Sequence record: NC_023693.1
Direction: 5' to 3' (one strand)
DNA: 64,000 bases
Source: Escherichia phage phi92
Shown one piece after another: positions 9,586 through 19,557 of the stretch (the first letter of the stretch is position 1; each line of letters opens with the position of its first letter). A program made the position numbers and the translations under genes. The notes beneath the pieces are model-generated. The model worked only from the letters and a program-made list of their open reading frames with translations, was not told the DNA's origin and did not search any database.

Positions 9586-10533
9586 TTAGAAACAGTGCAG
9601 GAAGTTTCGACCATACTGCAAACCAATAGGAGCAAATGGGATATCATCATCGAAATCTTGAACAACAGGTTCTGATTCTTTCGGTGCTGGCTCTTTCTTC
9701 TCTACTTTTTTAGTTTCTTTCTTAACTTCTTGTACTGAGGTAGACATTCCACGGATAGCAGCAGCTACTTTATCAGACAAAGCAAGAACTTCACGAGCAG
9801 CTTCAATAATCTCTTCTGCCGTTACAGTTTTACCTGTATGATCACGACAAGCGTTAAGAATTGCGTGTCCAACTGAAGCACCAAGATCATAGTCAGTCGC
9901 AGCAGCGCCACGATCTTTAGCAATTTCTGCTTTCAGAGTAACAGTTGCAGATTGTACCACACCAGCCAAGTCGAAAGCATCACCTTTCACACCAGCACGT
10001 AGAAGCTCCAGAGCGCCGTTTACAGCGTGTCCTGTTTCAATCCCTACGGTATCACGTTTTTTGTAGTTAGGCTTGCTACCTTCGTTATTAGATGGCTTAT
10101 TTCCACCTTTTGAAGAAGATTGTGCTTGCTGAACACCTTCTGTTGAAAGAACAGTGATTTTACCTTTAGAGGAGTTGTAGTATGTTTTGCCATTCCATTC
10201 GGAAGGTTTAACATCTATAGTTACTTCTACACCTTTTTCGATAGTAATCCACTTATCACCATCTTTAACTTGCAGGTTTTCATGTTCTGGGTGCAGTTTA
10301 ACTTCACCTAGGCTAACCCAAACACCTTTATCATCAGCACCAGCACCTTTCTCTTTAATAAGCAGAGATGCTTTGTGAGTTGATTCAATTTTCTTATCTG
10401 GCTGACCTGCAACCTTAATATAAGAGACTTTCATTTCATCAAACTTATCCAGTTTGACATATTCAACGATACCTTCAGCCCAGAATGCTTCTTTTTTAGT
10501 ACGACGGTCGATTTCAGAATTAATTACTGGCAT
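9586..10533 (-). CDS. ssDNA-binding-like protein with SSB C-terminal-tip motif
   Basis: 315 aa; RBS gaggag; contains DFDDDIPF, identical to the acidic tip of bacterial SSB, near the C-terminus; Gly/Ser-rich linker before it. Confidence 0.45.
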   Translation of the reverse strand: MPVINSEIDRRTKKEAFWAEGIVEYVKLDKFDEMKVSYIKVAGQPDKKIESTHKASLLIKEKGAGADDKGVWVSLGEVKLHPEHENLQVKDGDKWITIEKGVEVTIDVKPSEWNGKTYYNSSKGKITVLSTEGVQQAQSSSKGGNKPSNNEGSKPNYKKRDTVGIETGHAVNGALELLRAGVKGDAFDLAGVVQSATVTLKAEIAKDRGAAATDYDLGASVGHAILNACRDHTGKTVTAEEIIEAAREVLALSDKVAAAIRGMSTSVQEVKKETKKVEKKEPAPKESEPVVQDFDDDIPFAPIGLQYGRNFLHCF

Positions 10534-10549
10534 AAATTCTCCTCTATAA

Positions 10550-10948
10550 TTACATTACTTTAACACAAAACTCTCGTAAAAGAGTAGCGTCAGTTTCTTC
10601 CAACAGGTATTTACCAAGACCAATACCAAATCCTATTTCACCACTTTCGAAATGGAGGATTTGTATCTTTTCTCCACCAAGGTTAATTACTTTTGCTTTT
10701 CCAGGATTATCCAAAACATCTCGTATTGTATCCTGTAGTAGCATTAGTTCACGTTTTGTGATAGTGGTTTCAGATATCTCTTTGTTTTCTACTCTCACTG
10801 TTAAACGGTTGTATCCACCAAAGAGACATAGTATTTGAATAAAAAAGGTATTATCTTGAGGTTCAACATCTTTTTTAGTTAGCTCAAGACGATTAGTTTC
10901 TCTACTGTAGAACGTCTCGACTAAGATTTTAGAACGATTATCTGTCAT
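10550..10948 (-). CDS. hypothetical protein
   Basis: 132 aa ORF with RBS gagga. Confidence 0.4.
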   Translation of the reverse strand: MTDNRSKILVETFYSRETNRLELTKKDVEPQDNTFFIQILCLFGGYNRLTVRVENKEISETTITKRELMLLQDTIRDVLDNPGKAKVINLGGEKIQILHFESGEIGFGIGLGKYLLEETDATLLREFCVKVM

Positions 10949-10991
10949 TCAAGTCCTCATAATAACACATAATTACAATGTTTGTCAACAC

Positions 10992-11585
10992 TTAAATTTT
11001 AAATTCTTCATTGTTAAATGAATCCAGTGTACGTACTTCTGGTTCTTTGGGAATGAAAACGTCTTTTACAAAGCGGAACATAGGGAAACGTTCTGCCATT
11101 TTACGGACGTGTGCTTCTTTACCTGTGTATCGGTGATTAATAGTGCAAATATTAGTTTTCAATGCAAATTCAAAATCTGGATGATATACATAATTTTGAC
11201 CATCCCAGTAACACAAGCAAATAGCTACATCAAAGTTCCATACGATTTCACTGCGTACACCTTCTTCCATGATCATAAAGTTAAACTTAAGATCTTTATA
11301 GTATGCTTCAAATACCCATTTCAAATGTGGTAGTTCGGCATAAGTGTGTTCTGTTTGCTTAGTAAGTTGTTTAACATTACGTGCACCAACACCCAACATC
11401 AAAAATTTCTCTACTAATACGAGTGTATTGTGGTTAGGCATACGCAAGTAAATATCAATATCTTGCGCAGGTTTCTCTAATCGCCAATCACGTACAGCGC
11501 CGCCAGCTACAATTGCAAACGGATCTACCAGTTGGCACATACGTAATACTTCTAAAGCTCGTACTTTTTGATCTTCAATATTCAT
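10992..11585 (-). CDS. nucleotidyltransferase (Pol-beta superfamily, CCA-adding-enzyme-like head)
   Basis: Motif IVAGGAVRDWRL...DIDIY matches the GGxVRD...DxD nucleotidyltransferase signature; RBS aggag. Confidence 0.45.
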   Translation of the reverse strand: MNIEDQKVRALEVLRMCQLVDPFAIVAGGAVRDWRLEKPAQDIDIYLRMPNHNTLVLVEKFLMLGVGARNVKQLTKQTEHTYAELPHLKWVFEAYYKDLKFNFMIMEEGVRSEIVWNFDVAICLCYWDGQNYVYHPDFEFALKTNICTINHRYTGKEAHVRKMAERFPMFRFVKDVFIPKEPEVRTLDSFNNEEFKI

Positions 11586-11722
11586 ATTTTCTCCTATCTC
11601 TTATGGTCTTTGCGTTATTCTAGATGTTCAAACATCTAATTATGAAATGGTTTAAAAGTGCGGAACAACCTTGGCAATAACAGATTGTTCCACATAAAAA
11701 CTCCTTTAAAATCAAAGAGTTG

Positions 11723-14700
11723 TCAGTGACAAGTTGACCATGAACTACCAACATCGTAACCAGCAGTGAGAGGTACATTAAGATTGTAATACTCACCAGC
11801 TTTATTAACAGCGATAGATGCTAATTCTCCAGCACGACTGTAGGCTGTAAACCAACCACCTTTCGGAGATTCATGTACGTTAGCCCAAATCTTGCCAGTA
11901 CGTTTCTCTTCCTCTTCTTTCCAGGCATTAACTTTATCCAAACATTCTTTATCAATTTTCTTTTGTTCCTCTGGATCATCAACTTGAGTCCAACCTAAAG
12001 ATTCTTTAGAGAACCATTTAAAATGCACCAGATCACGAGTTACTTCAAGCTGTGCTTCATCGTGATATGCAATCATTTGTTGAACGAATGACTTATTTTT
12101 CCAGTCATCAACAAAAAAGTCAACAGCTAATCCTTCTTCTTCGATAAGATCGTCGTAGATAACCATTGCTCTTTTTGCACAAATAACACCACCACTCTGG
12201 AACAGAGAGTTAAGTATTGCGTGTGCAGATCGTGTAGGTACTTTCCTACCATCAATACCAAGAATGTATTTCTTACCTGTTTTAACCCAAAAATCATGCA
12301 GACGTTCTTTAAGAAGCGCAAGAGGTTTTGCAGCTTCCCAGAAAGCATCGTATACAAGCTGTCCTGTATACATATCACTACCTATAGTTTTTGCTACTTT
12401 TGCAGCTTGAGCACCATAAGTAATACCATACTTAACAGATTTAGCAGGGCTTCGTTCAAACTTACGACCAATAGTGTCAGAAATACGTCGAGCCATCATT
12501 GTATGAACATCATTAGGTTTTTCCAATAATAGAGCATTACAATATTCGTGTGGTTCCTGCTCGTACCGCCAACAATTCCCTGTAATCGTGATGCAGTCTT
12601 TCTGACGCATAACCCATGTACCGAGTTCTGTTTGTGGACACCAAACATCTTCTACACCCCATTCTTCAATAGTCAGACTTTGAACAGGGATGTGAGAGCG
12701 GTTAGCCAACGTTGCCACTTTTACTTTCTGGTCTTTCGTATTGAAGGCTACAGAAATATTACCCCCATGAACCAGGTATGAGGCAGTTAAGGCTGCTTCA
12801 AAAAGTTCTCCTGGGTTCTGCGCCCAGCGCCAAACAGGTTTTTGTTTATGTTTGTGCCAGTAACCATCCGCAATCAAAAAACCTTCCAAGAAAGCCACAC
12901 GCTCGGCATGAGACATATTAACTACACGTTCTACCCACGGAACATCCCATTTACCTTGTTGAACAGAAGTTAAACTATTTACTTGATCTTGTTCCATGTT
13001 AAATGGAGCATTACAAATAATGTTATCTCCTGTGCAAAGCTCGGCAGTTGTTCTGACTTTAGGCACATAAGTATTCCCTGTACTACGAGTATTAACATAC
13101 CAACGGTGATCTGCTGTTGCACGATAAGTATGGGATTTTCCTTTAATCTCAAACGTCTTACTATTTTTATAGAAGACCTTACCTTTTACTTTAGTCCATT
13201 CTTTAAGTCCTGTTTCTGGGTTATATCCTAAGATTTCATCCCCTTCTTGTAGATCGTGATAACCAACCCAACCTTTACGGGTTAGTGCTTGTGCATCCAT
13301 AGGTACACAGTAGTGTGATTCTATTTTTGCCTCAAGAGAATCAAAGTCATAACCAATTTGGAAGTATTTTGGAACTTCTACACCAAATAAGTTACGCATT
13401 TCATATCCGTACAGAGATGTTACACGTGGGATATTTGCTACTAACCTATGTTTCATACGAGACGTAGCTGCATCACACGTTGCAGCAGGAGTTGGTATAC
13501 GACCATCAGCCCTTACTGCTGCCAGATAACCTTTATCGTAATCCTCTTCATCTTCTTCCCAATCAGCACCACCTCCTAGAATAGAGTTCCTACGGTGTTT
13601 ATACGTAAGATACTGCACAATCTGCGTAGCATAAGGAAACTTTTCACCTAGTGCTTCCAAGTTAGGACAAATATCTTTCTCTTGCCCTTTTGTAAAGGAA
13701 GGGTTAGTAAGCACTTTAACACCACGACCTTTAGCTTTAGCAATACGATCTCTTAGTTTCCATTCCAAAGTTTCTGGTGTGCACTCCAGATGATCACATC
13801 TGTCCTGGCAGAAGTTAGATGCCAATGTTTGATCAACATAGTCACGAATAGCTTTCTCCATTTGTGCTTCATCTTTCTTAATCTTAGTGCCAGATTTAAG
13901 AGTGATATCTTTATCTTTATATTCAGATGGACTCCAACCTAAACCAACTAACCAGTTTTTAATATGTGTCGTGTCGTCTAAAGTAGCAGGTACTGTAGGA
14001 TCACAAATAGGTTCTTCTGCTGGAATAGGTAGTTTAAACTCTTTACCTAAAGCAAATAACCACCAACCATCTTCTTTTTGTACAAGTTCACCAGAATGTT
14101 TCTCTGCAAACTTTATCATGTTACTTGAAGGTTCACCATTCTTTTTAAACTGTAGTTTAGGTGGAATGAATGATTTCAAATAACCTTTAGTAGCAGGTTT
14201 AGGAGGTAGCACAGGTTCTGCCTCTAAACGACATGCTTCCATTCGAGCATCCAGATCACGAATATTATCTTCTGCTTGTTTCATATTGAAAGCAAAGCCA
14301 CGGTGCTCTTGACGTGTAATAATATCCGCTACACGTTGTTCTAAGTTAAATGGTTCAGACCACTTATTATAATCACCCCACTCTTCCATCAAATAACGGA
14401 ACACTGCGGTGTTAGCTTTGTTATCGTAAATACAGTAATACAGCATATCTGCTGCAAATGTTTTAAATCTTTCAGTTTCAGGGATATTTTTTCTAAAATC
14501 AATTTTAACATCCCCTCCAGCTTTCTTAGATAACTCTGCCAGACTATGACCACCGAAGCGATCAGGGTTTAGTGTCTTACTTAAGATCATAGTATCACAA
14601 ATTTCAATGTTACTATTACCCCAAGTATTGTACTTAATACTGTAGTTGAGTTTAAAAAATAATTTAATTGCCAGTAAGTCAAAGTTAATGATGTTATGTC

Positions 14701-15037
14701 CAACTACTTTGGTAATTTTATAGTTTGAATTACCTTTAAATTTACCTGTTCCATTTACAAAATCAGGAAAATCTTTAAGAGGGAAATGGGTATATTCTAA
14801 ATGCTCATATTCCTCCAGTCGGTATTCATACTTTCCGTCAGTCTCAACATACGGACGACCATCGAAAAGATATTTATCACCATCATGGAAAGCAATAATC
14901 TCTCCAGTATCATGACTTTCGCACACAATACAGTGCATTGCAAAACTATCTTTTAAACGATATGGACTTGCCAAGTAATCTACACTTTCGTCATTAAGCA
15001 AGTTGTTACTTTCAATGTCGAAAGTAAAAGCTCCCAT
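11723..15037 (-). CDS. family A DNA polymerase with 3'-5' exonuclease domain, interrupted by an intein
   Basis: Exo I FDIES; motif A DFDSLEAKI; motif B RSPAKSVKYGITYG; motif C YHDEAQLEV; in-frame insertion between motifs A and B. Confidence 0.8.
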   Translation of the reverse strand: MGAFTFDIESNNLLNDESVDYLASPYRLKDSFAMHCIVCESHDTGEIIAFHDGDKYLFDGRPYVETDGKYEYRLEEYEHLEYTHFPLKDFPDFVNGTGKFKGNSNYKITKVVGHNIINFDLLAIKLFFKLNYSIKYNTWGNSNIEICDTMILSKTLNPDRFGGHSLAELSKKAGGDVKIDFRKNIPETERFKTFAADMLYYCIYDNKANTAVFRYLMEEWGDYNKWSEPFNLEQRVADIITRQEHRGFAFNMKQAEDNIRDLDARMEACRLEAEPVLPPKPATKGYLKSFIPPKLQFKKNGEPSSNMIKFAEKHSGELVQKEDGWWLFALGKEFKLPIPAEEPICDPTVPATLDDTTHIKNWLVGLGWSPSEYKDKDITLKSGTKIKKDEAQMEKAIRDYVDQTLASNFCQDRCDHLECTPETLEWKLRDRIAKAKGRGVKVLTNPSFTKGQEKDICPNLEALGEKFPYATQIVQYLTYKHRRNSILGGGADWEEDEEDYDKGYLAAVRADGRIPTPAATCDAATSRMKHRLVANIPRVTSLYGYEMRNLFGVEVPKYFQIGYDFDSLEAKIESHYCVPMDAQALTRKGWVGYHDLQEGDEILGYNPETGLKEWTKVKGKVFYKNSKTFEIKGKSHTYRATADHRWYVNTRSTGNTYVPKVRTTAELCTGDNIICNAPFNMEQDQVNSLTSVQQGKWDVPWVERVVNMSHAERVAFLEGFLIADGYWHKHKQKPVWRWAQNPGELFEAALTASYLVHGGNISVAFNTKDQKVKVATLANRSHIPVQSLTIEEWGVEDVWCPQTELGTWVMRQKDCITITGNCWRYEQEPHEYCNALLLEKPNDVHTMMARRISDTIGRKFERSPAKSVKYGITYGAQAAKVAKTIGSDMYTGQLVYDAFWEAAKPLALLKERLHDFWVKTGKKYILGIDGRKVPTRSAHAILNSLFQSGGVICAKRAMVIYDDLIEEEGLAVDFFVDDWKNKSFVQQMIAYHDEAQLEVTRDLVHFKWFSKESLGWTQVDDPEEQKKIDKECLDKVNAWKEEEEKRTGKIWANVHESPKGGWFTAYSRAGELASIAVNKAGEYYNLNVPLTAGYDVGSSWSTCH
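12575..13309 (-). other. intein inside the DNA polymerase gene (boundaries approximate)
   Basis: Starts CVPMDAQALTRKGW after motif A, contains TADH block and LAGLIDADG-like FLEGFLIADGYW, ends ...ITITGN before CWRY; extein then resumes with NDVHT as in T7 polymerase GDIHT. Confidence 0.5.
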
Positions 15038-15107
15038 TCTCCCTCCTTAAAATATTTCTAAAGTCTTAATTTGTTAATACTGTACCACAAATTAATTGTT
15101 TTGTAAA

Positions 15108-15125
15108 GGGGCTTTCGCCCCTTCT
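15108..15125 (-). terminator. terminator-like hairpin
   Basis: GGGGC-TTTC-GCCCC between the polymerase start and the upstream gene end. Confidence 0.35.
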
Positions 15126-15127
15126 TG

Positions 15128-15522
15128 TTATTTATTGTCAGCACTTAGTTGTACTTTAATAAGGCAATTAGGGACACCATTGGTATTTCTCAAGCCTACA
15201 CGTTCAATTTTAACAGTGCCTGTCAAACCATTAAAAGTGGAAACAATGTTATTAATGTTTTCATCCTTACTAGTGATATCAAGAATAACTTTATCACTGA
15301 CATTTTTCAACATACGATCTACAAGCTCTCCCACAAAACCACTGGTAGTTTGAATGAGAAGGTATAGACAACCATCCTCAAACCACAAATGTTCACCATA
15401 AGCATAACCGTATGGTTCTAATTCTGATCCGTCTTGAAATTTAAACTTAGCAATAGTTTTCGTATAATCATACGCTAAAGCAGAAGGGCATACCCCATAG
15501 AGGATGTTTTCGTTGTCTTTCA
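15128..15522 (-). CDS. hypothetical protein
   Basis: Start moved to the internal ATG (MKDNENILYG) with RBS aaggag, avoiding overlap with the primase-helicase gene. Confidence 0.45.
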
Positions 15523-15533
15523 TATTTTTCTCC

Positions 15534-17306
15534 TTAATAAGAACCAGCAGAAATATTTTCTGGGTTACTTGTGTATTGATCGTAATCGTGAAGTGTAGCT
15601 GTTTTAATCTCATAGAAGAAACTACCTGCTGCACCAGTCTCTGAGAACTCACGGTTCTTTAGAATGTAGCAATATGTGCGGTTACGTTCCATAGGATCTT
15701 CAGCTTGTTTATCACGCTCCAGCGCAATTGTGATACCAGCACCTTTAGCAAGGAAGCTACTACCCATTGCATCATCTTCTACAATATGTTCATTACTATT
15801 GTTAGAAGACTTTTTAACGTGTGAAATTACAACAATGGTTATTGCATACTCTTTCATAATGCGTTTGAGCCACGTCGCAAGTTCCTCTTGTTGTGACACG
15901 TCCATACCAGAAAGCAAATCAGAATAAGGGTCGATAACAAGAATGGTTACTCCGAAATAAATAATCATTTCCAGAACCTTCTCTTTAATCACATCTACGT
16001 TAGCTCCACGATCATCACAAACATAGAAACGTGGTGTTCCATCTTCTCGTTCGTAAAAATCACGAATCTTTTCCTCATTATCTTTTAAAATCTTTTCCTT
16101 CTCTTCTTTCGTTTTACGGTGAAGAGGGATATGCAAGAATGAAGACAGTAAGTTACGAGAATACTTCTTATACGTTGCCTCCAAAGATAAAATACCAAGA
16201 GTATGTTCTGGATGTGCAAGAATAATGTGCTTCGTAATCTCGTTAACCAACAGTGTCTTACCGATACTTGTTTTTGCAAGTATAACAGTAATTTCTTCTT
16301 CTACCAAGCCTCCACCTAACATATTTGAAGCAACACGCATGAATGGAGGAAGGGTGATCATTTTAGCTTCCAGGCATTCCAAGGCTGCTTCATACAGTAC
16401 GTTAGAAGCGTAAACACCAGCAGGTGTGTACAGTTTAGCTTTGAAAAAGCGATCAATAAAATGATCAATTTTTCCTTCTACTAGCGCCTGGTTAGGATCT
16501 TTAACATCCGTTAGTTCCATCACGTAAACTTTATTACGTGGTAAGATTTTAACACATTTCTCAACTGCTGCACGTCCAGCTTCATCATTATCCATACATA
16601 GAACAATCTTTTTAAATTGATCTAAGAATTTATAACGATGTTGAAGCTGCTTATGCAGAGATGTTTCGCCACAAGTACCAGATACTACAGCAGGAACAGG
16701 ATATTTACCACCCTTGTTATAATCTTTTAGCATCTGTGTTGCAGCCAGCATATCGTGTTCACCACCAACGATTAGAATAGTACCGCTGTGGTTACGATAT
16801 TTAAACTCCCCAAAAAGATCACAATCCTTTCCTGTTTCACCGATAGGATGTGAGAAATCTTTTGGATCGATACGTTGTTTATACCCAGCAATATTGTAAT
16901 CTTTAGTTGTAGGGTACAGTGTTGAAATTACTTCGCCAGTAGCTTCATCGTACATATAACGTACACCGAAAGGCTTAGAGATATCTTCACGAATACCTCG
17001 ATAACCTTTTGGATTAGTTCCAGTGCTGGCTTTTAGTTTATCATGTACTTCTGGATTAAACTCACTACCCAAGATATCCTCCTCTTCAATTTCTTCGCCG
17101 TGTGCATTTAACCATTTTTGATCAGGGATAGTAAAGCCACAAGAAAAACAATGTGCGCCTCGATGGTCTTCATCGGCATCTAAGCCATATACCATCAAAT
17201 TGTTTTGTGATCGATCACGCCCTCCTTTCATACAACGAGGACACCCAGTATGTCCTTCTTGACTTAGATCAATGTTATACCCATATTTATTTACAACATA
17301 AGACAC
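15534..17306 (-). CDS. DNA primase-helicase (T7 gp4-like)
   Basis: N-terminal zinc ribbon CPRC...CFSCGF; C-terminal DnaB-type helicase with Walker A AKTSIGKT and Walker B VIDPYSDL. Confidence 0.8.
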   Translation of the reverse strand: MSYVVNKYGYNIDLSQEGHTGCPRCMKGGRDRSQNNLMVYGLDADEDHRGAHCFSCGFTIPDQKWLNAHGEEIEEEDILGSEFNPEVHDKLKASTGTNPKGYRGIREDISKPFGVRYMYDEATGEVISTLYPTTKDYNIAGYKQRIDPKDFSHPIGETGKDCDLFGEFKYRNHSGTILIVGGEHDMLAATQMLKDYNKGGKYPVPAVVSGTCGETSLHKQLQHRYKFLDQFKKIVLCMDNDEAGRAAVEKCVKILPRNKVYVMELTDVKDPNQALVEGKIDHFIDRFFKAKLYTPAGVYASNVLYEAALECLEAKMITLPPFMRVASNMLGGGLVEEEITVILAKTSIGKTLLVNEITKHIILAHPEHTLGILSLEATYKKYSRNLLSSFLHIPLHRKTKEEKEKILKDNEEKIRDFYEREDGTPRFYVCDDRGANVDVIKEKVLEMIIYFGVTILVIDPYSDLLSGMDVSQQEELATWLKRIMKEYAITIVVISHVKKSSNNSNEHIVEDDAMGSSFLAKGAGITIALERDKQAEDPMERNRTYCYILKNREFSETGAAGSFFYEIKTATLHDYDQYTSNPENISAGSY

Positions 17307-17318
17307 ATGATTCTCCTA

Positions 17319-17588
17319 CTAAAATGATTCGTTTGTCTCCATAATATATTGCATTTCCAAATCTTCCATATGTTTCTTAAATTGGTAAACAATTTCCGAT
17401 GGGGAAATATCTATATCAAAAAGTTCTTTTGTACCAGAATAAAATCTAATACCATCAACAATAAGACCACCATAATAATCCCAATCACTTTCTCGTGAGA
17501 AAGGATTAGGTTCTTCATAATAGTAATCTACTTCAACAATAATAGGTTCTTTATTATCTTGTTTATACTCAAAATCAAAAGTGTTCAT
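17319..17588 (-). CDS. hypothetical protein
   Basis: 89 aa ORF in operon context. Confidence 0.35.
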   Translation of the reverse strand: MNTFDFEYKQDNKEPIIVEVDYYYEEPNPFSRESDWDYYGGLIVDGIRFYSGTKELFDIDISPSEIVYQFKKHMEDLEMQYIMETNESF

Positions 17589-18532
17589 TATAAATCCTCG
17601 ATAAGCAGTCTGCGGGTTTCATTTAAATCATCAATATTGTAGTTATCTCTTACATACTTAGCAAGAGCCAATCCTTTCTCAATACAAACATCAGGAGATT
17701 CGATTAAGTATTCTACAATATCTTTCCACTCTTTAACTGAATCAGCAAAGAAGATTAGATCTTTAAATTCTTCAGTATAGTAGTTCTCTCGTGGTGAACA
17801 AACGAGTGGCAAACCTTTAGCACCAGCTTCAAGAATTTTTAAATTACTTTTGGCATTATTAAAATGATTATTTACTAATGGAGCTATGGAGATTTGATGA
17901 CCATCGTATGCTTCCATATAACACTCATAAGGACGAATACCTTCATAAACACAACCTGGTTGAATATCTTCTTTAATTTGCAACCATTGAGCACTACTTA
18001 ACTCTTCGTGATCTCTACGAAATCCACATAAAGTTAAATCTTTACCAAAATCAGGAAGAATTGCTAAATCATGTTTATGTGTTTCACTTCCCGCCCAAAC
18101 TAGTGGACTTTTAGAATAACGGTCTTTAGTAAGAACAAACTGTCCTTCATCAAAAGGTAATCCGTTAGGCACAATATGTACATTATCATTGTATTGGCTT
18201 AATTCAACCTTTAATGCCGGAGTTGTTGTGGTTACAAGATCGCTTCTTTCAAGGAACCATTTTAGGTCATCTCGGATTTGATTTTCAAATAGTCCTTCAA
18301 GCATATGCCCTTCAGGAATAATTAAAGAATCATCCAGATCCATTACCAATTTAAACCCAATTTGTTTAAGAGCCAGGAAACCTGGCTTTCCACGTGTTGG
18401 TACTCCATTGAACACAAAAATATTATGCTTAGGATTAATGGTCAGTTTGCGTTTATATGGCAAAATGATTCTATGAAAATCACATACACTATACTTTTCA
18501 TTTCCGCGTGTGTCAAGAATAATATTAGGCAT
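17588..18532 (-). CDS. glycosyltransferase-like protein (paralog 1)
   Basis: 314 aa; clear paralog of the next gene (shared HRIILPY/HRIVMPF, VWAGSETH/IWAGGASH, ILEAGAKGLP); E-x7-E-like C-terminal motif of GT-B enzymes. Confidence 0.5.
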   Translation of the reverse strand: MPNIILDTRGNEKYSVCDFHRIILPYKRKLTINPKHNIFVFNGVPTRGKPGFLALKQIGFKLVMDLDDSLIIPEGHMLEGLFENQIRDDLKWFLERSDLVTTTTPALKVELSQYNDNVHIVPNGLPFDEGQFVLTKDRYSKSPLVWAGSETHKHDLAILPDFGKDLTLCGFRRDHEELSSAQWLQIKEDIQPGCVYEGIRPYECYMEAYDGHQISIAPLVNNHFNNAKSNLKILEAGAKGLPLVCSPRENYYTEEFKDLIFFADSVKEWKDIVEYLIESPDVCIEKGLALAKYVRDNYNIDDLNETRRLLIEDL

Positions 18533-18543
18533 ATAACTCCTTG

Positions 18544-19557
18544 TTAAAGACTTTCAATAACTTGACGACGCAGTTCATTGGCATCTGCAAGATTATAATT
18601 AAGACGAACGTGTTCTGCAAGCATCATACCACGATCTTCTGTGTATCTAGGATTCCTAATTAGCTTGACAACTTCATAGTGCCAAGATGCTTTAGAGTCT
18701 GCATAGATAACAGCCTTTGCATCTACCGGATTGAAGTACGGCAGCACAGGAGAACAGATAATAGGAAGACCCTTTGCACCTGCTTCCAAAATCTTCAAAT
18801 TGCTTTTACAGTTGTTGAAGTCATTATCTACCAGAGGAGCAATTGCAATACTATGACCGTCATACACAGACATATACTCACCTAAATTTTTAATAGCTGG
18901 TTTATACTGTGCATTTGGAATTTTACGTTTTATTTTAACCCACTCCGCAGTAGTTAGATACTGACTATTATTTCCAACAGGTGCAGAAGGATACACTTCA
19001 TACCCTGCAATTGTCAATAGTGTATCATCAAATGTATTAGCTACAAGAGATAAATCAGGCTCATGGCTTGCTCCTCCAGCCCAGATAATAGGTGTGTCAG
19101 AACTACGGTCTTTTGTCAAAGTAAATTGACCTTCGTCGTAAGGTAGTGCGTTTCTAATTACGACAACATTACGATTTAAATGACGAATTTTGTAAGCTAG
19201 GTATTCTGTTGTTACAGTAACAACATCTGCTAACTTAACCATCTCTACAATAGTCTTTGAATGATTAGTAAATACGCCAGCCATATAATGTTCAGGATTA
19301 AGTGAATAAAAGTCATCTAAATCAACAATAATCTTAACACCTTGTGCCTTCAGGCGTTTAACCTCGTCTGCTCCACGAGAATACACTCTATTAAAAACTA
19401 AAACGTCTTTCTTAGGTTTAAATGTATTTCCAGCAAATGGCATTACAATACGATGGTAATCACAACCACTGCCTAACTTATTATCACACTTAAGTACAGG
19501 AGTATTAGGATTTACCATATTTTTGAGCCTCCTCATAAGAGATAAAAGTTTTACCAT
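18544..19557 (-). CDS. glycosyltransferase-like protein (paralog 2)
   Basis: 337 aa; paralog of 17588-18532. Confidence 0.5.
   Translation of the reverse strand: MVKLLSLMRRLKNMVNPNTPVLKCDNKLGSGCDYHRIVMPFAGNTFKPKKDVLVFNRVYSRGADEVKRLKAQGVKIIVDLDDFYSLNPEHYMAGVFTNHSKTIVEMVKLADVVTVTTEYLAYKIRHLNRNVVVIRNALPYDEGQFTLTKDRSSDTPIIWAGGASHEPDLSLVANTFDDTLLTIAGYEVYPSAPVGNNSQYLTTAEWVKIKRKIPNAQYKPAIKNLGEYMSVYDGHSIAIAPLVDNDFNNCKSNLKILEAGAKGLPIICSPVLPYFNPVDAKAVIYADSKASWHYEVVKLIRNPRYTEDRGMMLAEHVRLNYNLADANELRRQVIESL

Noticed and set aside
12575-13309. Interpreting the polymerase insertion as an intron
   Set aside because: The reading frame stays open through the insertion and the inserted peptide has intein-type termini, so protein splicing rather than RNA splicing is indicated.
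11723-15037. Antisense or internal ORFs of 60-110 aa inside long genes (for example 12127-12378, 12221-12529, 13887-14183, 3262-3501, 16085-16279, 40549-40848)
   Set aside because: They lie wholly within well-supported long CDSs on the opposite strand or in alternative frames and lack RBS; treated as shadow ORFs.
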